The notes beneath the pieces were generated by a model. It did no database searches, was not told the origin of the DNA, and was given only the letters and a program-made list of their open reading frames with translations. DNA of 64,000 nt from Octopus bimaculoides. Taxonomy: Eukaryota. Both the position numbers and the translations under genes were made by a program. Of this stretch, positions 23,991 to 36,711 are shown in pieces. Within the stretch, counting starts at the first letter, position 1. The number at the start of each line of letters is the position of its first letter. The stretch spans positions 16,199,937 to 16,263,936 of the forward strand of contig NC_068990.1 in NCBI RefSeq assembly GCF_001194135.2. The letters are read 5' to 3'.

Positions 23991-25009
23991 AATATATATA
24001 ATTACAATAATCCGTAACATATACAAGTGACTTTCGCATTATATGATAGAGATTAACCGGTCTTGGATTACATAATCCCTAATGAGGTTATAACTCCCTC
24101 AAATTGACCACACACACACACACACACAACTCTAGAAATTCCTATTTGTTGGTATGTTTATAACTGAATTGTCAAGTTTGTTATTGTTGATTGGCGTATA
24201 TTAACACAGTAAAGTGGAAACCAGTTTGATATTAAGAATAGACAAAACTTGTTGGTGTTTGTGATTTTTCGTTTCATTGCATTTCCCTGTATTCGGCATA
24301 ACAACAAGATTCAGCCATCAAACAATACGAAAGCTTTTAGCTCCTCTCTGTGTTTATATGTGTGTGTCTTTGTGTCTATTCACACATGCAAATGTAATTG
24401 GTAATAACTGCTGAATTTTGCTACACACAAAAAAAAAAAAGCCATTCAAGCTACCGCATCTGGTTTTCTGGAGTTAGTGACTCAGCAACATATTAACAAA
24501 GCAGTTTTCTCTGTGTTGTGTGTGTCAGTAATGTATGTATCTAGACCCTGTGACTTGTCAAAAACTTAATAATAGACCAGATGGCTGAAGGAATATTGGC
24601 ATTTAACCTCACTCCTTTTCGACAAACATACACACAAACAACGTACCTTGCTTCTTTTCTTTTTCTCATTAACTAAAAAATGCTTTTTATGTGAAACATA
24701 AACGACTATTTCTCTCCCATTTTTCTTTTCCGCTTTTATTTATCTTTCTGTTCAATTTCTAATTAATTGCTTTGATCGTTGGAAATTTTATTTTATTTTT
24801 GTTTTGTTTTGATTTCATGTTTAATAGTAGAATATATGAACAACATTTTTTGTAAGGAAACAGAAATCCCATTAAAATTTTTTTTCTATGAATCTGGCAA
24901 TAATATCTTCTTATAATTTTTTGTATAAAAACGGTAAAGTTAATGTTGAGTTTTAGACACAAGTAATTTTTGTCATGATGAAATAAAATTTAAGATGAAT
25001 AGCTAGAGG

Positions 25010-25850
25010 TGCAGGCATGACTGTGTGGTTAAGAAACTTGCTCTGCAACCATGTGATTTTGAGTTCAGTCCCACTGTGCAGCACTTTGAACAACTTTCTC
25101 CTACTATAGCCCCAGGCTGATTGATACTTTGTTAATGAATTTGGTTGTCCCAAACTGTGTGAAGCATGTTGTGTGTGTGTGTGTGTGTGTGTGTGTCCAT
25201 GTCCCTCCATACAGCTTGACAACTGGTGTTTTGTTTACATCCCTGCAACTTAGTGGTTTGGCAAAAGTGACTCCTAGAATAAGCAGCAGACTTAACAAAT
25301 AATTTCTAGGGTTGATTGGTTCAACTAAAAACCTTCCAAGGCAGCAGCAGCCCCGCATGACTGAAACAAGAAACTAGTAAAAGATAAATGATTATGACAG
25401 TGATTTAGAAAGATATGAGATCACCTTACGAGGCCCAGACCTCTCTTAATGAAAACATGAATAAAATGTTATGTAAATAACATAGGTGTAGGCATAGCTG
25501 TGTGGTAAAGAGGTTGCTTCCTAACCACATGGTCCCAGGTTCAGTCCCACTGTGTGGCATGTTGGGCAGGTGTCTCTCACTATATTCTAGGCCAACCAAG
25601 GCCTCGTGAATAGATTTGCTCAAAGGTAACTGGAAGAAGCATGTTGTATATGTGTGTGTGTTAGTGTTTGTCTCCAACCACCACTTGACTGTTAGTGTGT
25701 TGATGTCCCTGTAACTTAGGAGTTCGATCAAAGAAACCAATAGACTAAGTACCAGGCTTAAAAACAATAAGCACTGGGGTTGATTCATTTGACCAAAATT
25801 CTTCATGGCTGTGCTTCAGCATGGCCAGTCTAATGACTGAAACAAGTATG
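25010..25850 (+). mobile_element. Two tandem family B SINEs with CR1/L2-type tail (about 25010-25385, 25487-25850)
   Basis: Same head, microsatellite and tail as 33335-33776. Confidence 0.8.
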
Positions 25851-27449
25851 AGAAAATACTCCCTGCATTTTAAGAAGTTTAAAAGAACTAGTATTTAGCT
25901 TTAGTTTCAAGGAACCATTATCATAAGACCTTTTAAACCCATGCATGCCATCCATCTCAATCCTGCGCTAGTTGAGGGAGGTCTTTGGGCCGGCATCCAA
26001 TGTTTCTGGTGAGTTGATTTACATACATTGTGTTTGGATGACCTGCTCTAGTATGGCCATGCTTTGGCATCCATAGCAGTAGGTCACTTGCCAGCTCTTG
26101 TTTAGTTCACCAACAATGTCCAGCAAAGTGCAAGCGCTTTTCCCTTTATAATGGTGGAAGGTAACAGTTCCAAGCAATATGGTAACTATTTTTTGAGAAG
26201 TGAGCTGAAGCAAAAATGTTTTTCTCAGAAACGCACATCAAAACACTTGCAGTGAATTTGAACTCATCTCTAGTGAGTCCAAGATCTTATTTACTTAATC
26301 AATCTAAACTTTGTCTTTAATGAAGGTAGATACGACACTAGTCACTTAACATATGTGTTACTGTTATTTATTTTAGTATTCTGGTGGCAAATCTTGAGCT
26401 TATTGAAATTTGAACTCAGAAACCTCATGCCTCATATCTGAATGTCATGCAAAACTTAATGATATCTTTCCTCCTTTTTCTGTGATAGCTTCACCATTCT
26501 TGGAGACAGTTGAAGAATTTTACTCAATATTACATTCTAAAAGTCATTGCTTTAGAAATAGAGAAATGAATAAATAAGAGAAAAATAGATAAAGTCGCTA
26601 GAAGAATTTAATTATCTATGGATAAGAAGGTGTAACTTTGAGTTTGAGAAAATAAATTTCAGCATTCCAAGAATTATTACTTTAATTAGTATCTGCACCA
26701 TTATCACTGTTATTTTCTTGTTCTGCATGATGCTATAATGTTGAGACATTTTACAAAATTATCTCAATCCATTTGGTTTATTTCATTTGTAATCTTTAAC
26801 TATTCCAGTTAATCCTTTATTAGTTCTACCATTTTCTCTGACACAGTTGTTACTCTACATTCTTATCATATTTTCTCACAGATTCTATTTTCCTTCTTCA
26901 AAAGCAACATAGCTTTAATCCCCAGCTGTTTTCTTAATTCACTCAGTCTGTTAAGAATTTTACCTGTATTAATAGATATTTATTAATATATTGTGCACCA
27001 ACGGCAGAATATATTAATAGATGTACAAGAAAAGACAAGATCCTATTAAAATATCGGTACACAACAAATGGTTTATTTTTTTCAATTTCTACATGAATTT
27101 CTCTCCATGTTTGTTGGGAGGTCAGAGGTTATAGAGTTTTACATATTGGTGGTTAGCTATCCTCCCAGTGATGCAGCCTTGTGTATTGGACATTAGAAGT
27201 AATGCTACATAAGTTTTGAACACATGACATTGATCTACTATGCCTTGGAATATTATTTGTGTATATATATATATATATATGTATTACATTTCAATTTATT
27301 CAGTGTGAGGGTGTAGGTATGTATGCACCTAAGGAATGCAACTATATGTGTGCAGTGTTGTAACTGCAACAATGTGTCAAAGTTTTTAGCAAACTGAATT
27401 GGTGACCTAGTTTTAAATTTGCTGACATCATTTTTAACATATAAATTGT

Positions 27450-27670
27450 TTAGCCCTTTAGCATATGAACCAGCCATGTCCAGCCCAAATCTTCTACCTG
27501 TTTTATGTTCAAACTAGTCAGATCCTGCCTTGCTGTGTCATTCTAAAAATAATCATGTCATCAATATCTTGAAGTTACATGATAATGCATAGTTACTTTA
27601 GTTACTTAAAAAAAAAGTGAATAAATAAGCATAACATGTGATAGAGTAATCTGAATGCTAAAAGGTTTAA
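27450..27670 (-). mobile_element. MITE family B copy
   Basis: ttagccctttagcat...tgctaaaaggtttaa is reverse-complement similar to 12247-12474. Confidence 0.7.
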
Positions 27671-27814
27671 ATCCTTGTGGGAGTCATGAACATCACTACC
27701 TCTTATTTCTTTTCATTTGTAAATATGAAACTTTACTTCTATCTAATAAATTATGACATATTTGTCTAGTTTCTGTGTTTTATTCACTAAATCTACTGAC
27801 TTTTATTTTTAAAG

Positions 27815-27965
27815 AACACCAAGTTGGAATTATGCTCCAAACAAAGACAAGCAATGGTTACTTCAACATATGCAGAAAATGGAACCAATTCATCAGTTAT
27901 TCACTGACAGATTGCAGATGAAACGTCTCCAAACGTTGCAGTCGGTTGATGATTTAGTTGAAAAG
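27815..27965 (+). CDS. Sulf1: Sulf coding exon 5
   Basis: Acceptor ttttatttttaaag at 27814. Reads [50 protein letters not shown]. Donor gtgagc at 27966; 151 nt, phase 2 to 0. Confidence 0.96.
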
Positions 27966-28849
27966 GTGAGCTCTTCTAAACAATATGAACAATTCCTGTT
28001 TTTGGTTTTTGATTTCTTTACCTATTTCATACAGGAATTGTATGCAATACTTTTACTGTATGATGGTGTCTACTTTTGTTCTGTTGATTCCAATCTGACT
28101 GGGATTACCCATGGTTCTATGATATATTTTGTTGTAAAGTCATCTAAATAAAATATCTTCCATTAAAGTTTCAAATTAATGTTCCAAACGTCCGCTTAAT
28201 AACAAGGTTATTTTTATTGAATTCTTCATTTTCAAAATTGACTCAAACAAAGACAGTGTATTTCAACAGAAATATGGTGAGAAAATGGTGAAGCAGAGCT
28301 AAGGTCAAAGGCATCCCAGCCATGACCATCCAGTCATTTTTTTATTTATTTAATCTTAGTAAAATCCCAGACATCAACCAATGATGGTAGGGTGTGATTT
28401 AACTCTTTAGATATCAACCCACACAAGACTATCTTTTGGATCCATGATAAGAATTTCAATAAAAATGCTGTCGTTTTAAATTCCAAACACCAGTTTAATA
28501 TTGACAAAATTATTTTAGCAAATTTTACCTTTTTTAAAAAAATTACTTGAAATAAAGACTGTATTTCAACAGAAATATGGAAAGAAAAGAGTTAAGAAGG
28601 AGTGATGATATAAATCGGTTACCATCTGTGAATAATTTTGTAACTGTGTTGGTCCAAATGTATTCTTGTCTCCAGTTTTTGAAAATCACAGAACTTCTCT
28701 TCCTTTGCAGTTTCTTTTCCTTTCCAAGTTGTAAGATTGTACCAAAAAGACAGCCAGGTTGAACTTGGCTTTATACAAAATGCCTTACTCCAGAGACTAT
28801 TCATTTTAGCCCCTGGAGTAAGACACGAGAACTATTTTGGTAACAATTA

Positions 28850-29868
28850 GAGATGTCTGTTTGAGAGAGTCACTGTCAAAGGTTTACCTTGCTAACCTGG
28901 CCCTTATAGAATGGTATCATTTACTAAGATGGTAACAAAGGGTCTCTCCCTCAGAGTGAAAGACAAATTCTATGATACCTGTGTGCGAACAGCTTTGCTA
29001 CATGGCAGTGAAACATGGGCTGTGACTGCTGAGGACATGCATAGGCTTGAAAGAAATGAAGCTAGTATGCTTTGCTGGATATGCAATGTCAGTGTGCATG
29101 CACGACAGAGTGTAAGCATCTTGAGAGAAAAGGTGGGCATAAAAAGCATCAGACGTGGTGTGCAAGAGAGATGACTGCATTGGTATGGTCATGTGATGTG
29201 GACAGTTGTGTGAAGAAGTACCGATCTCTACCAGTAGAAGGAAGCTGTGGAAAAGGGAGACCCAGGAAGACATGGGATAAGGTGGTGAAGCATGATCTTT
29301 GAATGCTGGGCCTCACGGAGGCAATGACTAGCAACTGAGATGTTTGGCGATATGCCATACTTGCAAAGACCCATCAAGCCAAGTGAAATCATAGTTGTGA
29401 CCATTGTTGGTGTCATGTAACAGGCACCTGTGCTGGTGGCACCTAAAAAACACATTTTGAGTGTTGGACCTCACTGAAGTAATGTGGCTGATGCTGGTGT
29501 CACAGGCTAGCAACTGTGCCGGTGGCATGTAAAAAGCACCTTTCGAGTGCTGGGCCTCACAGAGGCAATGATAAATGGCTGAGGCCTTTGGTAATATGCT
29601 GTGTTTGAGAAGGAAGATCTATCAAGCCGATTGAAATTGTAGTCATGGCAGATACTGGTGTCACGCAAATGGCACCCATGTTGGTGGCATGTAAAAGCAC
29701 CCCATTACACTCTCGGAGTGGTTGGCATTAGGAAAGACATTCAGCCGTAGAAACCATGCCAAATCAAACTGGAATCTGGTGCAACCCCTCAGCTTATCAG
29801 CCCTGGTCAAATTGTCCAACCCATGCCAGCATGGACAACGGATGTTAAATGATGATGATGATGATGAT
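28850..29868 (+). mobile_element. RTE-clade LINE 3' fragment (5'-truncated, decayed)
   Basis: KGLSLRVK..YDTCVRTALLHGSETWA...LERNEASML, WYGHV and GRPRKTW are RTE ORF2 C-terminal motifs. The 3' UTR ends ccatgccagcatggacaacggatgttaaa(tga)n. Confidence 0.88.
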
Positions 29869-30375
29869 GAAAGGAGTATCAAACTCCTTTTGGCATATTT
29901 CATTCCATAACTGACAAAATCATTTTCTATTTATCTTGCTGCTGCATTTTGCTAAAAAATAGGAAAATTATTTATGGAAAAGCAATTATGTGGCAGCACC
30001 CCAGCATGGCCACAGCCTCTAGCTGAAACCAATAATAGAATAGAATAAGAGAATATATTTTATACATTAGGCACTGGCTGTGTGGTTAAGTAGTTTACTG
30101 TAAGCTTAAGTGGATCTTTTCATCTTTTCTGTACCAGAAGCATTTCTGTAAGTTGTGGATTGCTTTTTATTTTGGTTTTGACTTTAAAAAATAGAAAAAC
30201 AAAAACATGGTAAATATGATTATAGCCAATATTTTACTGAGTAGCTGTATTTTAATTGTATTTTAATTTTTATTATACTTTAATTTTAATAATGTTATAT
30301 CCAATCCATGCCTCATGGAAAATGGACTCTAAATGATGATTTTCTCTGTAATTATCTATTTTTCTTAATTTGTAG

Positions 30376-30551
30376 GTTGGCGCAGAACTGAAGACCCTTG
30401 GTGAATTAGATGATACCTATATTTTATACACATCTGACCATGGCTATCATCTTGGACAATTTGGTCTTATTAAAGGAAAAGCAATGCCCTATGACTTTGA
30501 TGTACGTGTCCCTCTAATCATTAGAGGGCCTGGAATAAAGCCAGGCATTAA
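30376..30551 (+). CDS. Sulf1: Sulf coding exon 6
   Basis: Acceptor ttcttaatttgtag at 30375. Reads [58 protein letters not shown], containing the SDHG and KGK motifs. Donor gtaagt at 30552; 176 nt, phase 0 to 2. Confidence 0.97.
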
Positions 30552-30597
30552 GTAAGTTCATCATCTTTTTCTGGAATAAATGCTGGAAAAAACTGAA

Positions 30598-30646
<49 letters not shown>

Positions 30647-30684
30647 GTGTGTGAGAGAGAGAGAGAGAGAGAGTTGTGTGTCAG

Positions 30685-30880
30685 AAAGGAAGATTTTGTG
30701 TGAAAGGGAGGTGTATTCCTTACTGTGCAGGCACTAACTCAGATGATTCAGACATGTCATATACATGTCTTCCTTGTAGGATTCAATATGGCCAGCTATG
30801 CTATGTTTGGCATTTGGATGGAGGACAAAACAAAAAGTTCAAAGAATTACTTAAGACTACAGTGAAGAAAACCAATGTTG
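30685..30880 (+). pseudogene. Possible second piggyBac-like Cys-rich C-terminal fragment
   Basis: GRCIPYC...SYTCLPC...LCYVWH spacing resembles transposase C-terminal zinc-binding domains. The similarity is weak. Confidence 0.3.
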
Positions 30881-30959
30881 ATTCTTCAAAAGTGAAAGAG
30901 CTTGTGGTTTATCACTACCTGGGGTTGTGTCATCGTTAAAAGGAGATTCAAGATATGAA

Positions 30960-31705
30960 AGAAAAATTCACTCAGTAAAATGATTCCATTCCACTTTGCT
31001 TTGCCAGTTAGATCAGCATGCAGAACCCCTGCTTGATGCACAGGTGACGTTTGCACTCAGAATAGTGGAATGAAAATTTGACGGCTTTCACATTGGGGAT
31101 TTCCCTTTTCATTTTATTGTATTAGCATGAACAGACAACACATAGATGATTAGTGGAGCCATCCTCAGGTATTTCTGAATGGCGTGGTCCAACATTTTTG
31201 TGTTGAGCAGGCACTTCATGCTCTCTGGATTCATGGTGGACTATACTACATCTGTACTTTCCTACCAGATCCAGGGCATACTCACCCAGAAATTTTTGGA
31301 AGGTGTACTTTTTAGCATTTTCTGGACAGAGTGACTGGAAGATCGCATAGGTATTGTATATAGTGCAAATGATAAATTTCACTCCAGTTTTTCTCAGCCA
31401 CTGATAATGCTAATGTGTTTTGTGTAGCCTGGTCATAGTATCATTTTTTTCTGTATCCACCATGTACTGACTTATTTTTACACACTAGAGCTCATTTCAT
31501 TCTGAAATTTCTCCCTATTTCTACAAGAACATATTACCAAAACAATTGGACAGGGCGTAGATACATCGTCTTACTTTTGGATGTAACAAACATTCTGATT
31601 GGCTGATCAAAATGGGGCCAAAACACTCGTAATCAATGGCCCTGCACAGCATGTGCATGTTTAGCATTGCTACTGCTATACTGGTGTTAAGAACTCTAAG
31701 GGTTA
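30960..31705 (-). mobile_element. piggyBac-like transposon, internally deleted
   Basis: The terminus is AGGG-TTAA at about 31698-31705. The reverse frame reads IYNTYAIF..YTFQKFLGEYALDL..RHSEIP...CVVCS, then after a frameshift ECKRHLCI..FC, which resembles the piggyBac C-terminal Cys-rich domain. Confidence 0.6.
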
Positions 31706-31930
31706 ATAATGACAATGTTGTTTTGTTAAATTTTTTATTATTTTCAGAAGTAGATTTCAATAGAAATATGGTAACAAAAGGGTTAAGTAAAGCAAAAAGT
31801 ATTCTTATAGTTTAAAGTATTTAAAAGAAATTAATCCAGCAGTTTACATTTTGAAATTTTCTTGAATCATAAATGATTCATCTTGCTCTTTGAAAGTATT
31901 TTTATAACACCATTCTTATCTAATTTTCAG

Positions 31931-32050
31931 TATCAACAATTTAGTTGCCAACATTGATATAGCGCCAACCATCTTGGATATGGCTGGGATTGATATACCT
32001 TCTGATATGGATGGACGCTCTCTTCTTCCACTCTTGAAAGCTGCCAAAAA
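31931..32050 (+). CDS. Sulf1: Sulf coding exon 7
   Basis: Acceptor taattttcag at 31930. Reads [39 protein letters not shown]. Donor gtgagt at 32051; 120 nt, phase 2 to 2. Confidence 0.96.
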
Positions 32051-33334
32051 GTGAGTTTCAGATTTTGTTTTATAAATATCTCTTAAAGATAACAATAATT
32101 GGGTTTTTGGTTGATTTGGTCCTATGAAGCATTGTTGTCATTCAACGTCCATATTCCATGCTGACATGAGTTAGCTGGTTTCACAGGATCTGATGGGCTC
32201 AAAGACTGCATGATGCCCTAGTGTCTGCTTTGGTATGGTTACTACAGCTGGATGCACTTCCTACTGTCAATCACTTTACAGTGTGTACTGGATGCTTTTC
32301 TTGTGTTACTGACACTATTGAGGTCATTATTTAGCATACAAGACTATGCAACCCAAGGTGGATGGGTTGGGGCTTTATGCTAGGAGATAAGGGTTAAGGT
32401 ATGAGAGAAATGGGGATGGGGCAGAACAAGTTCTTGTTGTAGAGGAGCTACATTGGTGGGAACAAATGATTAGTAACTGCCAAGAGACAAATAGTGGTGA
32501 TGAAGGGTCCAGGTAGTACCCTCAAGGTATGAGATATGTATAAATGAGTGGGGACAGGGAAACTAGGAGCATATGTGGAGGGGTGGGGGAAACGAAGCAT
32601 CATAAATGAAAGGAGAAATTATTGTGATTTATATGCAGAAACATTTCTGTAGAACTGTACAAGTTATTTTTCTAAAGAAGCATTAGTCTGTTGATGATGA
32701 TGATGATAACAATTAGGGAAGTATCAACAGTGAGAGAACAGACTTAATTATACAATTCCTTTATTATTGTAAACTATTCATCGTTCTCACTAACACTAAA
32801 CCATGTATTTTATTTATAGAATATTTGTAGAAACGAAATTATCCTCATTAATTTATTAATGAAACAAGATGCTTTGTCAATGAATATATGTATATATTAA
32901 ATTAGAAGCAGGTGACATGTGTTAGCTTTTCTGTTTGTTTATGCAAATTCTCATTAAATACACACTTTTTAAATATTAATGAGTTCACCACAATTGTTTA
33001 ATCCTTTATATTCTCACATTTTTAACAAAAGCGAAGACACAACTGTGTAAATAAGAAGTTTACTTCACAATCACATGGTTGTGGGTATCTGTCTTTTTAT
33101 ACTGTTACGTCAGGCTGAGCAATGCTTCATGAGTGGGATTTGATGAACAGAGGCCTTGTGTAGTTGTGTGTGTGTGTGTGTTTGTGTGAGTGTTTGTATA
33201 TTTATATGTCTGTATTGGTGTGTGCTGTTACACCTGCCTGTAAACCAGTGTTATTATTTATATGGAATCCCTTTATGGCCTGTAACATAGCAATTCAACA
33301 AATACAAGAAGAATAAAATGCTCAAATTAAAATA

Positions 33335-33509
33335 GGTGCACGAATGGCTGTGCGGTAAGTAGCTTGCTTACCAACCACATGGTTCCGGGTTCAGTCCCAC
33401 TGCGAAGCACCTTGGGCAAGTGTCTTCTACTATAACGTCGGGCTGACCAAAGCTTTATGAATGGATTTGGTAAACGGAAACTGAAAGAAGCCTGTCGTAT
33501 ATATATATG

Positions 33510-33576
<67 letters not shown>

Positions 33577-33776
33577 TTGTGTGTCTGTGGTTGTCTCCCC
33601 AACATCGCTTGACAACCAATGGTGGTGTGTTTACGTCCCTGTAACTTAGTGGTTCAGCAAAAGAGGCCGATAGAATAAGTACTAGGCTTACAAAGAATAA
33701 GTCCTGGAGTCGATTTGCTCGACTAAAGGTGGTGCTCCAGCATGGCTGCACTCAAATGACTGAAACAAGTAAAAGA
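33335..33776 (+). mobile_element. tRNA-derived SINE, family B head with CR1/L2-type tail (best-preserved copy)
   Basis: Head tggctgtgcggtaagtagcttgc...ggttcagtcccactg, internal (TA)n(TG)n, tail ggtgctccagcatggctgca...gactgaaacaagtaaaaga. Confidence 0.85.
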
Positions 33777-34042
33777 GTTAATATAATTAACTAAAATTCT
33801 TGAAGGTGGTGCCCAGCATGGCCACAAGCCAATGACTGGAACTTGTAAAAGAATAAAAAAGAATAGCTTAGCCTTCATTGTAACAAGTTGTCTCTTTAGA
33901 GTAAAAAAAATATTTGTTTTCTCAGGAGTTACCAATTCTCTGCAATGCACACTACATGCATGGTTAATTTCTCTGACACATTCTCCAGTATGAGACCAGG
34001 GAAAGCTACCTACCATATAATAGGCTATCACACAATGCCCTT

Positions 34043-34487
34043 TTAGCCCTTTAGATACCAACCCTCCTGGGGCAGCTTCTTGTTCTCTGATGCAAACTTT
34101 CTATTTTAACCTTTTCACTACCAACCTCCCTTCTATTGCATCTAGTTCTATGTTCCTGTTTTAAAGTGATCTGAATTAAAACTTTCCACCAAAATTTCAT
34201 GTTGATGTATGTTCCAAACACCATATTAATAATGACTGTTATTTTGCTAAATTCTTCATTATTTTTGAAATTAACTAAAACAATGAGAGTGTATTTTGAC
34301 AGACATGTATGGTAACAAAAGGGTTAAAATAAACCAAATTAAAACCTTCCATCAATTCCATGTTAATTTTTAAAATAATGAAGAATTTAGTGAAAAATGT
34401 CATCATTACAAAGCTGGTGTCTGGAGCATAGATTAACTGAAACAAAGGCGGGATATTTCATCCGAAATATGTTAACAAAAGGTTTAA
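34043..34487 (-). mobile_element. MITE family A nested in family A (inner copy 34106-34327)
   Basis: TTAA is present at 34106-34109 and 34324-34327, and both outer halves are present. Confidence 0.8.
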
Positions 34488-36645
34488 TATATCAACACAT
34501 CAACAAGTTTATTATTCCTTTTGTTTCTGCCTCAGCTATTCTGCAGAATATTGCTGACTGCTCTTATTTCTTTCAGTCGCTTCCAAAACCTCATACTTAA
34601 AAATTTAGCTTGATTTTTGTTTTTGCGTCCTTGATGTCTATGTTTCTGTATCTTTTTCTCTGATCCTAGGTCTACTCCAACAATATAAAGAGCTAGCTGT
34701 CAGCCATGAACAAGTATGGCTTGGCAATGTGTACCATGATTCCACTAAATACTTTAAATGCCTTTGGAGTTATAAGTAGACATACACACCATTTCAGTAC
34801 TCTCAAACACACCAAGGATGTGACAACTGGAGGGAGAGAGAATTGTACCAGCACTTTCCTTGGCTAGTATTCATTTTCTGCTGGAGCAATGCATAATGCT
34901 TAAGAGCTTTGTTTAGCGATACATAATGCCCAGTCCAGAAATTGAACCAATGGCATTGAATCTGAAGCAAACATCCTCATTCCTCACCCCTACAACAATA
35001 TAAATTAACCATTAACCCTAATACTTTCCATCAGCAACCTCAAACTCTGCTTTATAAGTTGTCATCAGGTCAAGATTTATGAACATAACTTTGTAATGTG
35101 AACTCAATAAATGTCTGTTATGTTTTATATTCCTTTATTGTAAAGCAAACCAGGCACGTTTTTAACTGACAGAATAGAGTTTAGAATGTGTTATTTCAAT
35201 TAAAATTTTCACAATTTATAAGAAAAACGAAAATACAAGAGGGAATGGATAAATAAATAGAAGTTTCTAGAACTACTCCATGATAGATAGTGTCTGTTAT
35301 CAGGAAGAAAGAAAACTGTATGAAAGTTCTTCCAAGATCTTCCAAAATTTCTTAGGATTTGAAACTAATTATGATTGTAATGCAATTTTTTAATAGTTAC
35401 ATAATAGCTAAACTACTTAGTAGATAGCAAGTAATGTTTAACTGCTATATTTTACTTGGTATATTTTATGTAGGTTATCTGGATGTGATCATGATAAACA
35501 GCAGTTTGTGAGCTCATCATTATCTCTCTCTCTTTCTCCCTCTCTCTCAACTCAAACATGGTAGTGTAGATAAGTGTTAAGCTAATAACTACTGGTATTG
35601 ATGATGTTATTGCTATCATTATTCTTCCAGCTCTTTATGTTCTGAGTTCAACTCTTGCCACGGTCAACTTTACCTTTTATCTTTTGTGATTGATAAAGTA
35701 TAGTACCAGACAAGAACTGAGAAAGTATAGTACCGGACAAGAACTGGGATCAAAAGTATTGACTGTTCCCCTCCCCTCAAAAATTGCTAGCCTTATGTTG
35801 AAATTAGAAACTAATAATGATGGCAGGCTGGCAGTCCCATTAAGCATCAGGAAAATGCTTTGCTGCATTTGTTCCAGCACGTTTTGAGTTCAAATCTGGT
35901 TGAGGTCAACTTTGCCTTTTATTCTTTTGGGCTCAATACAATTAAGTACCAGTCAAGTACTGTGGTCAGTGGTATTAACTAAGCTTCTCCCCTCAAAATT
36001 TCTGGTTTAGTGCCAAAATTTGAAACAGTTATCATTATTATTATTAACCCTTTCATTACCAACCCAGCTGTTGAGTATTGGGGTCAATGTAATCAGCCCC
36101 CCTATGTGATTGAGAAGCAAACTTTTTACCACACAGCCATGCTTAAAATTTTTGCAAAATACATGATGATGTTGATGATGATGTATTTTGTTTCTAAATT
36201 TTCCATTAATCTGTATTTCTTATCCATAATGTCTCATAATGATAGGACACATTTGTAATTGACAAGCCCATGAATACTCAAACATCCATTGTTGCACCCC
36301 CAGTTACTTGGCTCACCATTAAAAGACACCTCGTATGATTTGACAGAACTTTTATTGAACTTCTCTCATTTTCTAAATTTATTTCTTCATACAAAACTTC
36401 GATTAACATATTTTTTCTTTTCATTCATGAAATTATGTACAGTGAGTATTTTAGAAAACAAAAATGCTGATAAGGTATTTACTATAATTGCTTGAAATAC
36501 AAGGCTGAGAACAGTCTCTTGGAATCCTGTCATCCATTAAGATATTGCAATATATGAAGACTGTAGATTAGGGTTTTATTATGAAATTTTTACATGTTAA
36601 TTAAGATACTGTATAATTGAAGAAAAAGTTCTTTTTTTCCTGCAG

Positions 36646-36711
36646 TATAAGTAAAGGAGGTTTCGTCAGTCGAAACAAGCCATGGAGAGACACAGTGCTT
36701 CTTGAAAGAGG
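36646..36711 (+). CDS. Sulf1: Sulf coding exon 8
   Basis: Acceptor ctttttttcctgcag at 36645. Reads ISKGGFVSRNKPWRDTVLLERG, matching the Sulf WRDTFLVERG motif. Donor gtgagt at 36712; 66 nt, phase 2 to 2. Confidence 0.95.
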
